Shown: positions 48,711 to 61,957 of the stretch, piece by piece | How the letters are laid out: each line of letters starts with the position of its first letter | How positions within the stretch are numbered: position 1 is the first letter of the stretch | NCBI RefSeq assembly: GCF_001194135.2 | Contig: NC_068995.1 | Coordinates: 10,180,775 to 10,244,774 of the forward strand | Source of the DNA: Octopus bimaculoides | Lineage: Eukaryota | DNA: 64,000 nt | Direction of reading: 5' to 3' | Made by a program: the position numbers and the translations under genes | The notes under the pieces: model-generated | The model's database searches: none | What the model was told of the DNA's origin: nothing | The model's input: the letters and a program-made list of their open reading frames with translations, nothing else

Positions 48711-49364
48711 NNNNNNNNNNNNNNNNNNNNNNNNNNNNNNNNNNNNNNNNNNNNNNNNNNNNNNNNNNNNNNNNNNNNNNNNNNNNNNNNNNNNNNNNNN
48801 NNNNNNNNNNNNNNNNNNNNNNNNNNNNNNNNNNNNNNNNNNNNNNNNNNNNNNNNNNNNNNNNNNNNNNNNNNNNNNNNNNNNNNNNNNNNNNNNNNNN
48901 NNNNNNNNNNNNNNNNNNNNNNNNNNNNNNNNNNNNNNNNNNNNNNNNNNNNNNNNNNNNNNNNNNNNNNNNNNNNNNNNNNNNNNNNNNNNNNNNNNNN
49001 NNNNNNNNNNNNNNNNNNNNNNNNNNNNNNNNNNNNNNNNNNNNNNNNNNNNNNNNNNNNNNNNNNNNNNNNNNNNNNNNNNNNNNNNNNNNNNNNNNNN
49101 NNNNNNNNNNNNNNNNNNNNNNNNNNNNNNNNNNNNNNNNNNNNNNNNNNNNNNNNNNNNNNNNNNNNNNNNNNNNNNNNNNNNNNNNNNNNNNNNNNNN
49201 NNNNNNNNNNNNNNNNNNNNNNNNNNNNNNNNNNNNNNNNNNNNNNNNNNNNNNNNNNNNNNNNNNNNNNNNNNNNNNNNNNNNNNNNNNNNNNNNNNNN
49301 NNNNNNNNNNNNNNNNNNNNNNNNNNNNNNNNNNNNNNNNNNNNNNNNNNNNNNNNNNNNNNNN

Positions 49365-49397
<33 letters not shown>

Positions 49398-49767
49398 TGT
49401 GTATATTTATGTTCGTATCTATAGATGTGTGTGTATGTGCATGAGTGTGTGGCAAAAAAGTGTGACAGATGGGGACAAGAAGAGAAAGAGATAGAAAGAG
49501 AAAGGAATGAAATACTTCCCAAGTGAAGGAAAAGAAGATGGCGTGTCTAGCATTTAGTTTTCCTGTTATTTTTAATTGAAGACTTCGTGTATTTGCCACA
49601 AAACATCGAAACCAATTCTGTTCATGTGTTTATTCTGACATTTACCAAATTGGTCACGTGCCATGCAGTCAGTGAAAATAGCAGCTGCTATAATCAATCA
49701 ATGTATCAATATTTATTTATCTCACGTAAGTGTGATAAACGGAGACAATTAAAGCCGAATATGTATG

Positions 49768-49801
<34 letters not shown>

Positions 49802-49811
49802 NNNNNNNNNN

Positions 49812-49843
<32 letters not shown>

Positions 49844-50107
49844 CAGAGAGAGAGAGAGAGTGATGAGAGAGGGAGGATTTGTGGTGTGTGTAGTAGTGAG
49901 TGTGTAGGGCAATCGCAGGCTTTCCTGAATTACTGGTATTGATTGATCTCAACTTAGCAAAACAGCTTAGGAAGTAAGGATATACACACACATGCACATC
50001 TAAGCTTGCATATATATATATATATATATATACATGCACATAGATATGCGTATATCTATGTAAGTGTATACTTTATTATATATATATATATATATATATA
50101 TTATTTG

Positions 50108-51440
50108 TAGTTTCAGCTCAGAGCCGTGGCCATGTTGGAACACCACCGTTTTGCTACACTGTTATTGCTGAGAGCCTCCTCTAATATGTGGCACTTGGTG
50201 AAGAATGGAGTTTGATGTAGCTACCCTCATTTGCACCTCTTGCCGTGTGGTAAGTTTATCTGGGACTCTCGACAGGAAGAGGTCCAGCCTTGATTTAAAA
50301 ACGTCTACATCTACTTTGTGCAGGTCCTTCAGGCTCTTTGGGAAAATATTAAAATCTGTGGACCCCTGAAACCCAGGCTGTTGCAGTAACTGGTCCTGAA
50401 GCGTGATGGCATTGCTGGGATATTTGGCGTTGTGCAGTGTCGACCTGTTTTGGCATTAGTGTGGCTATCAATGCCAAAATTTGGCACAATTCGTTCCATG
50501 ATCTTACAGATGTATATTACTGCATACCTCTCCGGGCTTCGCTCCAGGGAGTAGAGCCTTTCCTAGTAGCTGAGCTGTTACAAAGAGACGATCTTCTTTG
50601 TGATGCTCCGATGGATTCCTTCAAGGTCCACTGTAATTTTACACTGTTGGGTGACCATAGCTGGGAGCAGTAATCCAGGCGGTTGAGGATGAATGTCCTC
50701 CAGAGGACCATCATGGTTTCTTTATCTCTTTCTGAATGTTCTCAAGATCCATCCAGCCAGTCGTCTGCACTTTGTCGACATCCTGGTAATGTGCACTTGG
50801 AAAGAGGTATCATCACTCATGTCGATACCCAGGTCCCTCACTGATTTAGGCTCTGGGATTGTATTTCCCTGTGGACCAGTGTACCCTGTAATTTTCATAT
50901 TCAGTTTTGGACGCTGGTTGTGCACGGTTTCGAATTTTTCAGCATTAAACTGCATATTATTATCCTCAGCCCATCTGTAATTTGAGTCCAACTCCTGCTG
51001 CAGATGTGCAACATGGCTGGGGTTCTGTATTTTATGCGAGACTTTCGTATCATCTGCACAGCTAGCAAGGGTGGTTATCCGGGCAGTTGAGGGCATATTT
51101 GAGAGGGCCACTATGAAAAGCAGTGGTCCCAAGACAGTGCCCTGTAGAACACCGCTCACTATTTGTGTTTTCATAGAGGCGGCTCCATTTGCCACTACTG
51201 CCTGACTTCTATCTTTCAGAAAGTCATGTAACCACTTTCCAGGTTTTCCAGCTATGCCGAGATAACGCAGTTTGTGGCATATCATACCATGATTCATATT
51301 GTCAAAAGTTTTTGCAAACTCAAGGTGTATTACGTCCACATCTGAGTTGTTGAGTAACTGCCTCAACACCCAGTCATAATGTTGTAAGAGCTGGGTCAGG
51401 GAGCTCCTACCCGGTCGAAAGCCATACTGGGTATCACTCT
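50108..51440 (-). pseudogene. CR1-like LINE, 5'-truncated: reverse transcriptase plus 3' end
   Basis: VDVIHLEFAKTFD (DFxKAFD), SGVLQGTVLGPLLF, CADDTK, RDLGI, ILNRLDYCSQLWSP; frameshifted. Confidence 0.93.
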
Positions 51441-51572
51441 AATGTCGGCGTCACTTTCGCACCATGAATGAAATACATATGAATGAATTAAGTCCATATT
51501 GTTCATGAAGCAGGGATCCAAGATGCTATTCGCCCCTAGTTGGTTTAAGTACAACTTGCTCCATGAATACAA

Positions 51573-51620
<48 letters not shown>

Positions 51621-52466
51621 AAGAAAAGAAGGTGGTCAGGATAAAACCTATTAATCTAGCGCTTCCATTCCTTTCAGGGATTCACGATGAATAATTGAAG
51701 GAGTCGAAAGCGCCAAGTAAATAGTTTTTCTCCAAACCCTGACTCTTGCTTAGTATATAAAATTTGTACATCACTCCATATATNNNNNNNNNNNNNNNNN
51801 NNNNNNNNNNNNNNNNNNNNNNNNNNNNNNNNNNNNNNNNNNNNNNNNNNNNNNNNNNNNNNNNNNNNNNNNNNNNNNNNNNNNNNNNNNNNNNNNNNNN
51901 NNNNNNNNNNNNNNNNNNNNNNNNNNNNNNNNNNNNNNNNNNNNNNNNNNNNNNNNNNNNNNNNNNNNNNNNNNNNNNNNNNNNNNNNNNNNNNNNNNNN
52001 NNNNNNNNNNNNNNNNNNNNNNNNNNNNNNNNNNNNNNNNNNNNNNNNNNNNNNNNNNNNNNNNNNNNNNNNNNNNNNNNNNNNNNNNNNNNNNNNNNNN
52101 NNNNNNNNNNNNNNNNNNNNNNNNNNNNNNNNNNNNNNNNNNNNNNNNNNNNNNNNNNNNNNNNNNNNNNNNNNNNNNNNNNNNNNNNNNNNNNNNNNNN
52201 NNNNNNNNNNNNNNNNNNNNNNNNNNNNNNNNNNNNNNNNNNNNNNNNNNNNNNNNNNNNNNNNNNNNNNNNNNNNNNNNNNNNNNNNNNNNNNNNNNNN
52301 NNNNNNNNNNTATATATATATATATATATATATATATACTTGTATATACACATGCATATATACATATCTATTTATATATATGTGTATATACATACATACA
52401 TGTATATATACATACATATATATATATATACATATATGTATAACCTGCACAAACATACATTGGTAC

Positions 52467-52513
<47 letters not shown>

Positions 52514-52801
52514 TATATGTATACACACACACACATATATATGAGTTAGAGGTTAGACAACCATCTAAGGGATAATAAATATCCAATATACTACTGGAGG
52601 AATACCTATTTATATTCAAAAGCTTACTTTTCCAAGGCAATATTACAATTGAATAATAGGTACAAGTTGAGTTAAACAGAAGTTTATCTAGAATTTATAT
52701 TAGGCAAGGAAGAAAAATGGAGAAGAGATTCAATTGACAAACATAAGATTTATATACTATAATCATGGGAATAAATAAATAAATACAATAAATATATATA
52801 C

Positions 52802-52900
<99 letters not shown>

Positions 52901-53194
52901 CCCATACATATGCAAAAACATTTCCACCTCGGATGCACTCCGGAATTAATCAGGTCAAATATTATGTATACATATTACTTATGGATGTTTATCTAAAGGG
53001 AGACAGGCCAGAATGTTAGAATTAAATGAATGCATAATATAGTTCTACAGAACCAAAATTTCTGGAACAATTCCAGAGACAGTTCTAGAAAATAGTAGGT
53101 AGCGATTCTGCTAATCCGTGTGTCAATGAAAAACCACAAATTTATTGTTATTAAATTCATGTACCACGAAAGATGTTTCTTTCTCAAAGCAAAG

Positions 53195-53385
53195 TTGATC
53201 TCGATGGAATTTGAACTAAGAATATAATTTTAACAACGGTTTCAAATCTTGGCTCAACACCAGCCATTTTACGAAAAGATGTTTACCGATAACATCGACC
53301 CCAATACACAACTGGTATTTGTTTTGTCGTTTCCGAAAGGCAAACATAGACGAAATGCAGCTAAGCATTTTGCTAACGATTCTGC
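53195..53385 (-). mobile_element. SINE family B fragments
   Basis: AAAGTTGATCTCGATGGAATTTGAACT; ACATCGACCCCAATACACAACTGGTA; GCTAAGCATTTTGCTAACGATTCTGC. Confidence 0.7.
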
Positions 53386-53399
53386 TCTATCACTATCTC

Positions 53400-54185
53400 T
53401 ATTATTATTATTATCATCATCATCATCATCATCATCATTGCCTTTGCACATCTTAGAAGCTGGAGATTTACTACACTGTCAGCTGTTCACTACCAGTGAA
53501 CTAAGGTAACACCTCTTATTTTACGAGCACCTTCCGGAGTATTCGAGCGGTTCCAAGCAGTGCTGTTTTCTGAAAGTGCTCCACTCTTATAGCAGTCCCT
53601 ATTTGTTCCACGTACTTCCCGAGGTTTTTGCTCACTGTTCCCAGGGCTCCGACAATTATTGGTACAACTGCTACTTTTTTCATCGACCACAACTGCTCAA
53701 CGTCCCAAGCTAACCTGTTATATCTCTCAACTTTTCATTCTTCCTACTCTTGTTGTCAGCTGGGCATGCTATATCTATGATCCAGCATAGTTTGTTTTCT
53801 TTCTCAATTAAGACTATGTTCGGGTTCCTATTCTCTATATCATAGTCACACTGAATCATAAAATCCCATAGGGTCTTTGCATTTCTATTTTCGACGACGC
53901 CTTCAGGTTTGTGGTCGTACCAATTTTTTGCTCTGTGAAGTCCATTCTTGCTGCAGAGTGTCCAATGGACAAGCCTGGCTATATTGTCGTGGCGTCTCTT
54001 ATATTCCTTCTGGGCTAGTAGCGTACAGTGGCTGGTATTATTATTATTATTAAGATACTAGCCTGGTAGCTTCTTGTAGGTAGGCATTGATCTTGCGCTG
54101 GTATGATAAATCCTTCTGTCTGATTTTAAGCCAGAAGACACTAACCCTTGGTGGGTAAGGGCTATGTCTACATCGGCATTATTAG
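53400..54185 (-). pseudogene. R4/Dong-like LINE 3' end
   Basis: EGFIIPAQDQ, QKEYKRRHDNIARLVHW, LWDFMIQCD, WIIDIACPAD, VPIIVGALG; trinucleotide tail. Confidence 0.92.
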
Positions 54186-54235
54186 CTCTCTTTCTCAACA
54201 TCGGTATTATTAGCTCTCATTAATAATAATAGAGC

Positions 54236-54350
54236 TTTGGTCAGCCCGTGGCTATAGTAGAAAACACTTGTCGAATGTGCCACGCAGTGAAACCGAACCC
54301 GTAACCCTGTGGTTAGGATGCAAATTCCTTACATCAAAGTAACACCTGCT
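54236..54350 (-). mobile_element. SINE family A 5' fragment
   Basis: GCTATAGTAGAAAACACTTG...GTGCCACGCAGTG...GAACCCG. Confidence 0.8.
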
Positions 54351-55386
54351 CCTCTTTCTTTCTTTCACTCTCTTTATTTCCGCCTCTGGCTCTTTCCGCA
54401 CACAGATTATATATATATATATATATATAATATAATATAATATAATATAAGGATAAAATCTTTATAAGAATGTATCAAGTAGTCAGCGTGAAAAAACCTC
54501 ATAAGGAAAAACAATCCATAATTTTTTTCGATAAATATATATAATTTAAGTAATATAAGGGCATTGCTATATAANNNNNNNNNNNNNNNNNNNNNNNNNN
54601 NNNNNNNNNNNNNNNNNNNNNNNNNNNNNNNNNNNNNNNNNNNNNNNNNNNNNNNNNNNNNNNNNNNNNNNNNNNNNNNNNNNNNNNNNNNNNNNNNNNN
54701 NNNNNNNNNNNNNNNNNNNNNNNNNNNNNNNNNNNNNNNNNNNNNNNNNNNNNNNNNNNNNNNNNNNNNNNNNNNNNNNNNNNNNNNNNNNNNNNNNNNN
54801 NNNNNNNNNNNNNNNNNNNNNNNNNNNNNNNNNNNNNNNNNNNNNNNNNNNNNNNNNNNNNNNNNNNNNNNNNNNNNNNNNNNNNNNNNNNNNNNNNNNN
54901 NNNNNNNNNNNNNNNNNNNNNNNNNNNNNNNNNNNNNNNNNNNNNNNNNNNNNNNNNNNNNNNNNNNNNNNNNNNNNNNNNNNNNNNNNNNNNNNNNNNN
55001 NNNNNNNNNNNNNNNNNNNNNNNNNNNNNNNNNNNNNNNNNNNNNNNNNNNNNNNNNNNNNNNNNNNNNNNNNNNNNNNNNNNNNNNNNNNNNNNNNNNN
55101 NNNNNNNNNNNNNNNNNNNNNNNNNNNNNNNNNNNNNNNNNNNNNNNNNNNNNNNNNNNNNNNNNNNNNNNNNNNNNNNNNNNNNNNNNNNNNNNNNNNN
55201 NNNNNNNNNNNNNNNNNNNNNNNNNNNNNNNNNNNNNNNNNNNNNNNNNNNNNNNNNNNNNNNNNNNNNNNNNNNNNNNNNNNNNNNNNNNNNNNNNNNN
55301 NNNNNNNNNNNNNNNNNNNNNNNNNNNNNNNNNNNNNNNNNNNNNNNNNNNNNNNNNNNNNNNNNNNNNNNNNNNNNNNNNNNNNN

Positions 55387-55427
<41 letters not shown>

Positions 55428-55866
55428 TAGATAGATAGATATTTAAAATGTGCTTCAAATTCTGTATGAAAACGGAAAAGTTATTACATTTGACATGACT
55501 TCGTTGTGCTGCACAAATAAAATCTTATTAAACGTTGGACAATAAACACGAACCATAATCGTTGATGCAAACAGCAATGTTGTAATGTGTCAATCTTGTG
55601 GTTCTCTCTAGTCGTAATTTAATTTTCTAATTTTACTAATTATTTAATCAATCAGTCAAACAATAAAATTAATTACTCAACTAATTACACAATCAAGCAA
55701 TTTAATTAAATCATAATTAATATACGGTATTAACGTTCTTATCGCAATATATAGACGCTTGCGAGAGTGTACATATGTATACATGTATGTGGGTGTGAGT
55801 GTATGCGAGAGGTTGATTGTTCTCTTAAAATAATTTTCTATCTATACCTGTGCACCACTATTTCTA

Positions 55867-56005
55867 GGCGCGTGGCTTAGTGGTTAGGGATATTTGGATT
55901 ACGATTGTAAGGTCGTGAGTTCGATTCCCGATGGCTTTCTATGTCCTTGAACAAGACACTTTATTTCACGTTACTTCAGTTCACTCGGCTGGCAAAAATG
56001 AGTTC
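55867..56005 (+). mobile_element. SINE family C 5' part
   Basis: A-box TGGCTTAGTGG, B-box GAGTTCGATTCC, then GTCCTTGAACAAGACACTTTATTTCACGTT. Confidence 0.85.
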
Positions 56006-56170
56006 TACAATACGCCAGGCTTGTCACATTCTGTTGTGCCGCTACCTTTTTCTGTGAACTACCTTAAGGATACGCGTGTCTGCGGATCCCTCAGCTACTT
56101 CCACGTTAATTTAACGTTTTTTATTTGGTTTGCAAGATTCTTTATGTGAGTTTGTGTGTTGAAGCATATT

Positions 56171-56366
56171 CTGTTGTGTTTATGGAGAGTCATTCTCTTT
56201 TGGTGCCTTATAATTTAACACACGCACCGGTAAAATTTACACTCATTTCCTTATTTATTTTCCTAAAATCTTTAAAAAATAAATAAGGAAGTGAGTGAAA
56301 ATTTTACCGGTGAGTGTGTTAAATTGTAAAGCACTAAAAGAGAATGACTCTCCCCAGACACAACAG
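56171..56366. repeat. Near-perfect inverted repeat (~91-bp arms, ~12-nt loop)
   Basis: CTGTTGTGTTTATGGAGAGTCATTCTC...TTATTTATTTT pairs with AAAATAAATAAGG...GAGAATGACTCTCCCCAGACACAACAG. Confidence 0.92.
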
Positions 56367-56609
56367 TACATATATATATATATATNNNNNNNNNNNNNNN
56401 NNNNNNNNNNNNNNNNNNNNNNNNNNNNNNNNNNNNNNNNNNNNNNNNNNNNNNNNNNNNNNNNNNNNNNNNNNNNNNNNNNNNNAGTGTTATTTTCATT
56501 TTTGCGTAACTTAAACAGTTTATTCACCGCACCCTCTATATAAACATGTATATCTATCTATCTATTTATCTATCTATCTGCGTGTACGCTTGTGTGACTA
56601 AATGTTAGC

Positions 56610-56812
56610 TTCAGATTTTAGCACAAGGTCAGCAATTCCAGAGATGGGCATAAATCGATTACATCGACCCCCACTATTCAATAAGTGCATATTTTACAGG
56701 GTCTGAAAGGGTGAAAGGCAAAGTCGACCTCAGCGGAATTTGAACACAGAACGTCAAAACTGACGAAATGTTTTTGTGCTGCGTCCTAACGACACTGCCA
56801 GCTCGGCACCTT
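56610..56812 (-). mobile_element. SINE family B
   Basis: GATTACATCGACCCC...GAAAGGGTGAAAGGCAAAGTCGACCTC...CTGCCAGCTCGGCACC. Confidence 0.88.
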
Positions 56813-57279
56813 AATGTGCCATAGTACTTTCCAGTGCTTCCAATAGCACACGTGTGCGTGTGTGTGTCTGTGTGTGTAGACACGTATATTAATATACACA
56901 CACACACATACAGAAATACATACATATGTGTATGAGGCATTATCTTCATAAGCTCTGTATGTATGTGTGTGTGTATGTATTTAAATAGAGAGATAGATAG
57001 AGAGAGAGACAGACAGACAGACAGAGATAAATAGATAGAGAGATAGATAGAGAGAGAGATAAATAGATAAATAGATAGAGAGAGATAAATAGATAGATAG
57101 ATAGATACATACATACATACATACACACGCACACAGACAAACAGACAGATACACACTTTTAATAGCCAATTCCTGTTTAGGTTTTTCAGTCTAACGCAAT
57201 GAGTCTATTACTTGTAGCTGTTACAAATTGGCAATCTTTTACTAAACTGTCGTTGTGCACTGCAGCTTTAACTGGTTCC

Positions 57280-57979
57280 TTATTAAGTGACATGGTAGCG
57301 GCCTTAATCACTGGTATTATTATTTTCCTCATTACCATCGCTCTCATCAGCATCACCGTAATTGTCATCATCACTGCCTTCAGCTGCAGCAGCAGCAGCA
57401 GCAGCAGCAAATCTACTTGCAGACACCAGGACCGGAACCAGCAGCTCCATCGCTGCAGTAATTATTGTCATCAACGTCACCGTCAGCGTCACCATTATCG
57501 TCGTTGTGATCGTCCTCCTCCCCCTCCGCCTCATCATCATCATCATCACCATTTTCAAGATCATTATCATCGTAGACGTCATCGTCATCTTCATCATATT
57601 CATATTTGAAATGGGTCTCATCAACATCATCGTCGTCATCATCACCATCAACATCATTTACTTTCCTCTTCATTATCATCACATAATTGTTATCATTATC
57701 TGCATCTTTATCCACATGACATAATCGCCATCATTTTATTATCAATATCGTCACTGTCATCACCATTATCATTAACATAATAGATTTCATTCTAATACAC
57801 TTTCATCATCTTGAAAATATTATTATCTACGTCATCATCTGAATTATTAATAGCATCGTCATCGTCATCTGACCATCGTTATCATCATTGTCGTCGTCGT
57901 CACATGGTGTCATATTTCTCCTCTCCTTTTCCACATCATAAGCATTGTCATCATCATTATTATTATTATTATTATTATT
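57280..57979. repeat. Compound trinucleotide low-complexity tract (CAT/CAG/ATC/TAT)
   Basis: Directly visible; source of the poly-M/H/D/I ORFs. Confidence 0.9.
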
Positions 57980-58494
57980 CAGAGAGAGAGCCATCGAAGT
58001 GACACTGGGGTACAAATACACGGAGCCCAATATACCCGTCATGACTACACGTCCAATAAGGGTACACCAGACCCATGCATCATAACCATATGTGCACGAC
58101 ACAGTGATCTCAGATCAAGATAAACAGGTGGGACCCAGCTAGAATTTTCTTCGGGTCGAGTAGCCTATTCTGCTCAAAAGGTTCCTGAAAAAGGCTTGTT
58201 TAAGGATGATGAACAAAACACCAAAGTTTCCAGAGGTGAATTATTAAAATCTCAAAGAATTCCTCTCATGGCTTTAATACTCCCCCACTACTTCTGCTCG
58301 TGATCAAAGATGCACATATCGTCAACCTCCAAGGGATATGCTCAACTGGTTAAGGTCAAACAACTGACAAGCAAATTTGTGGTATTGAGCAGAATATTTG
58401 CTGTAGCCCATCTTTTATACCAAGACAAAACATGTTCATGATAACACTTCCAATCAGTTAAGATCAAAAACTATGAGAGCCACTACCTTGTTAC
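57980..58494. mobile_element. 555-bp orphan repeat, inverted copy
   Basis: Reverse complement of 38078-38632 with small deletions. Confidence 0.9.
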
Positions 58495-59204
58495 TATTAT
58501 TATTATTATTATTAAAAATTATTATTTTATTCCTTCGTAACACAGTTTAGCTAAAAATGCACCGTAGTCTTTAGTTATCTGTCAAGTCACAACAAGGACC
58601 TCAGACAGATTATAGTTTTCTTAAGATGTGCCCTGTGCCCAATAAGGCTGCTTTTTGCAAGTCATTAATCTTGAATTGGTATTTCCAGTTCTCTTAAGAA
58701 GTCTTGAAGCTTCAATCGGATTGAGCCCAACGCTCCGATCACCACTGGTATCACTTTTACATAACCCTCTTGCATTCCATACAGTTTTGCCATTTCCACT
58801 TCCAATTCGGAGTACTTGGTGATTTTTTCAACCTCTTTACTCACAACATTCATGTAATTTGGTATGGCTACATCAATGATCTGACAGTATTTGTCTCTCT
58901 TATTCAATATGACAATATCCAGCCGACGGTGTTCGATTACACGATCCGTCTCAAAATCATAGTCTTAGAGTATCGTTACTTTTCCAAACTCCTGCATGAC
59001 CTTACTTGGTATATCCTGATATCAGTTCTCTGTTACTTCATATTGGTATTTACGGCATAAGAGCCAATGAAGATACACACACACTTTATCGTGGCTACGC
59101 TTGTATTCCTTTTGTGCAAGGCTTTCACATCCACTTACCAAATGGATCCACATTTTCCACGCTCTTTCCACAGAGTCTGCATTTCAGAGTATGGAATTCC
59201 AAAT

Positions 59205-59205
<1 letters not shown>
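58495..59205 (-). pseudogene. R4/Dong-like LINE 3' end (third lineage)
   Basis: CRLCGKSVENV...SGCESLAQKEYKRSHDKV; IEHRRLDIVILNKRDKYCQIIDVAIP...KEVEKITKY..L..E; VIPVVIGALG; (AAT)n tail. Confidence 0.92.
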
Positions 59206-59252
<47 letters not shown>

Positions 59253-60402
59253 TGGATGAAAACCTTGTAACGTGTATGTAAGAGCTCGTATGTCGTTATT
59301 TGGCTATTGCTGAAGAATATTTATCGATAAATAATTATAAGGAATAAACTTGCACAATGATATACGAATATAAACTCATCTGCATAAAGCTGATGTGTGG
59401 TGCAGAAAGAAATGCTGTGATCGAGGATTAAACCCTTTTATCCGCCAGTCTTGCGTTATATTATCTTTATATATGCATACATATGCATATATATGTACAT
59501 ATAGTAATATATGTGTGAAAAGGTTGAATTATATTTCGTCCTTTAATACGGGACATACAAGGGCATCAAAAGAGGTAACTGTAATACATTAAACATTTGG
59601 GTCCATTTGTTCTTTTTCCACACTCAAGTGGCCAACAGACTTAAACTGCATTTTCTTCTGTCCACCCAGCATTAAATAAGTACACCTAGGTATGTACATT
59701 ATTTTTTATTGTAAGCGTCTGTATTATAACTGAAATTAATGAGCGGTCACCTTGCCACCACATTACGCTTAACTCCTTGGAGAAGAGTTATCTTCAACTA
59801 CAATGATAAATATTTGAGCACAGCTGCTTTATTCAATTATTAATTTAACTCGATTATCTCAGTTGATTCGGTCATCGATTAATCTCATCACCATTACTAA
59901 GTGTTATTTATGACTATTTCTGTAAAGTGGGCTTAGTTGCAACAGTAGAAGCAAACAACGAAGGAGGCTGTACCTCCGGTAGCTGAAAGAAGCAATGAAT
60001 GGGTGTATGAATGAAAACACACATCGGTAGGTTTCAGCATCGGGAACCTTCAAACATAACCACCATTACTCGCAACACACTACGTATAGTATTACTATCG
60101 CGTGCCCTACTAAAGTCTTAGTGCAAATCCCTCCTAATCTAGTCCTATATGTAATCGCTATATCGCTGTCTTTGCTGCAGTCAGTGCTAATCCGTTAAAA
60201 CGGGTATCTGCACTGCCCCTGTGGAATTTGGACTCTGGTGACATGATCAAAATATTGAAGTTTTGCTGTCGCTAATTTTCCTTCTTCCTCTCATCTCCTC
60301 CAAGACAGAACTATTTGTTGTAAGGCCCACCCAGCTGATCCGCTAGGGTCCCTGGCGTGGTACAAGTGAGCATAGTGATAATAATGATGATGATGATGAT
60401 GA

Positions 60403-60957
60403 ATGACCTGATGCAGTACCAGGCAGTGACTCTCACGGCTTCTAATCTTAATCGATTGTAAGTTATCATGTATATATTTTGTCTTGGTATAAAAGATGGG
60501 CTACAGCAAATATTCTGCTCAATACCACAGATTTGCTTGTCAGTTCTTTGACCTTAACCAGTTGAGCATGTCCCTTGGTGACTGACGATATGTGCATCTC
60601 TGATCATTAACAGGAGTAGTGGGGGAACATTATCGCAATGTGTTGAGAGGAATTCTTTCTGATCTTAACGATTCACCTCTGGAAACATGGGTGTTTCGTT
60701 CATCATCCTTAAACAAGCCTTATTCAGGAACCTTTTGAGCAGGATAAGATAATTCTAACTGAAGAAAATTCTAATTAGGCCCCACCTGCAAGGTCATGCA
60801 CTGTTTATCCTGATATGAGACCACCATGTCGCGCACATAACATTGTGATGTATGTACCTGGCGTACCCTTATCAGACAGGCAGTCATGACGGGTATATTG
60901 GGTTTTGTATATTTGTACCCCAGTGTCACCTTGGCGGCTTGCGCTGCACTCTCACTC
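60403..60957. mobile_element. 555-bp orphan repeat, copy 3
   Basis: Colinear with 38078-38632; between (GAT)n and (AAT)n. Confidence 0.9.
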
Positions 60958-61009
60958 AGTAATAATAATAAAGATGAAAATTCTCGCAAACTTTGGCAAA
61001 ATTCATCAA

Positions 61010-61428
61010 TTTTAGAGGTGGGCCAGTAACACAGTTTCATTGCACTCAGTGCAGAGCTGTTGTTTATTGCATTGACCTCCGAAAGGATGAAAAGAAACGT
61101 CAGCTTCAGCGTAATTTTGAACGCTAAGTGTAAACAGCCGGAAGAAATTTCACTCAGCATTTTGTGCGACACGATATCGAGCCTACCACCTCGTTGCCTT
61201 GATACGCCTAATCATTAGATTCAACTTTTGGCACTAGGCCAGCATTTTTAAGGGAAAGGTTAAGTCGATATCGTCTACCCCAGTACTCCACTGGTACTTA
61301 TTTCATCGACCACGATAGGATGAAATTCAAAGTCGACCTGGGCGGCATTTGTACTCAGAACACGAGACCAGAAGAACTGCATCTAAGCATTTCATCTGCT
61401 GCGATAACGATTCTGCCAGCTCGCCGTC
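61010..61428 (-). mobile_element. Tandem of two SINE family B copies
   Basis: Two CGAAAGGATGAAA / CGATAGGATGAAA central domains with heads at ~61195 and ~61425. Confidence 0.82.
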
Positions 61429-61957
61429 ATGGTAAGCAACATTTAATGTTGTCACTCATGTACTTCTCAGCCTAATAAAAAAAAATGTGTTAATTGTTCA
61501 TTATTAGTTTTTCTTATTCACCACATCTTTTTGATGTTAAAGCCTACCAACGACCGCTCCTACTTCTGCGATATTAAGTGCCTCATTTAAAATGATCGAA
61601 CTTAAAGCAATTCATTGAATCATGGTAAATTATGTGCCAAACACACCGCTATAAACTCATTTAACTAAACTCTTCATTATATTCAAAATTAATTGAAACG
61701 AAGTCAGTGTATTTCAATAGAAATATGATAGATATAAAAGAGTCTCTGTTCAGCACATTGAAACCATAGAGTGGTTATTTCTAGTGTTGAAAATATTAAG
61801 AATCTAATTTGCTTTCGTTACGTATTTGTCAGAGAAGAAGAAGACGTGCCCTTGTTCAGTTGTAGTCGCTCCGAGACTGGTTTGTAGCTTAGAAAATTAC
61901 TATTTTTAATTCTCACAACGTGAGATATTCAGCAACAGTACTTTGTAGTAAAGATTG

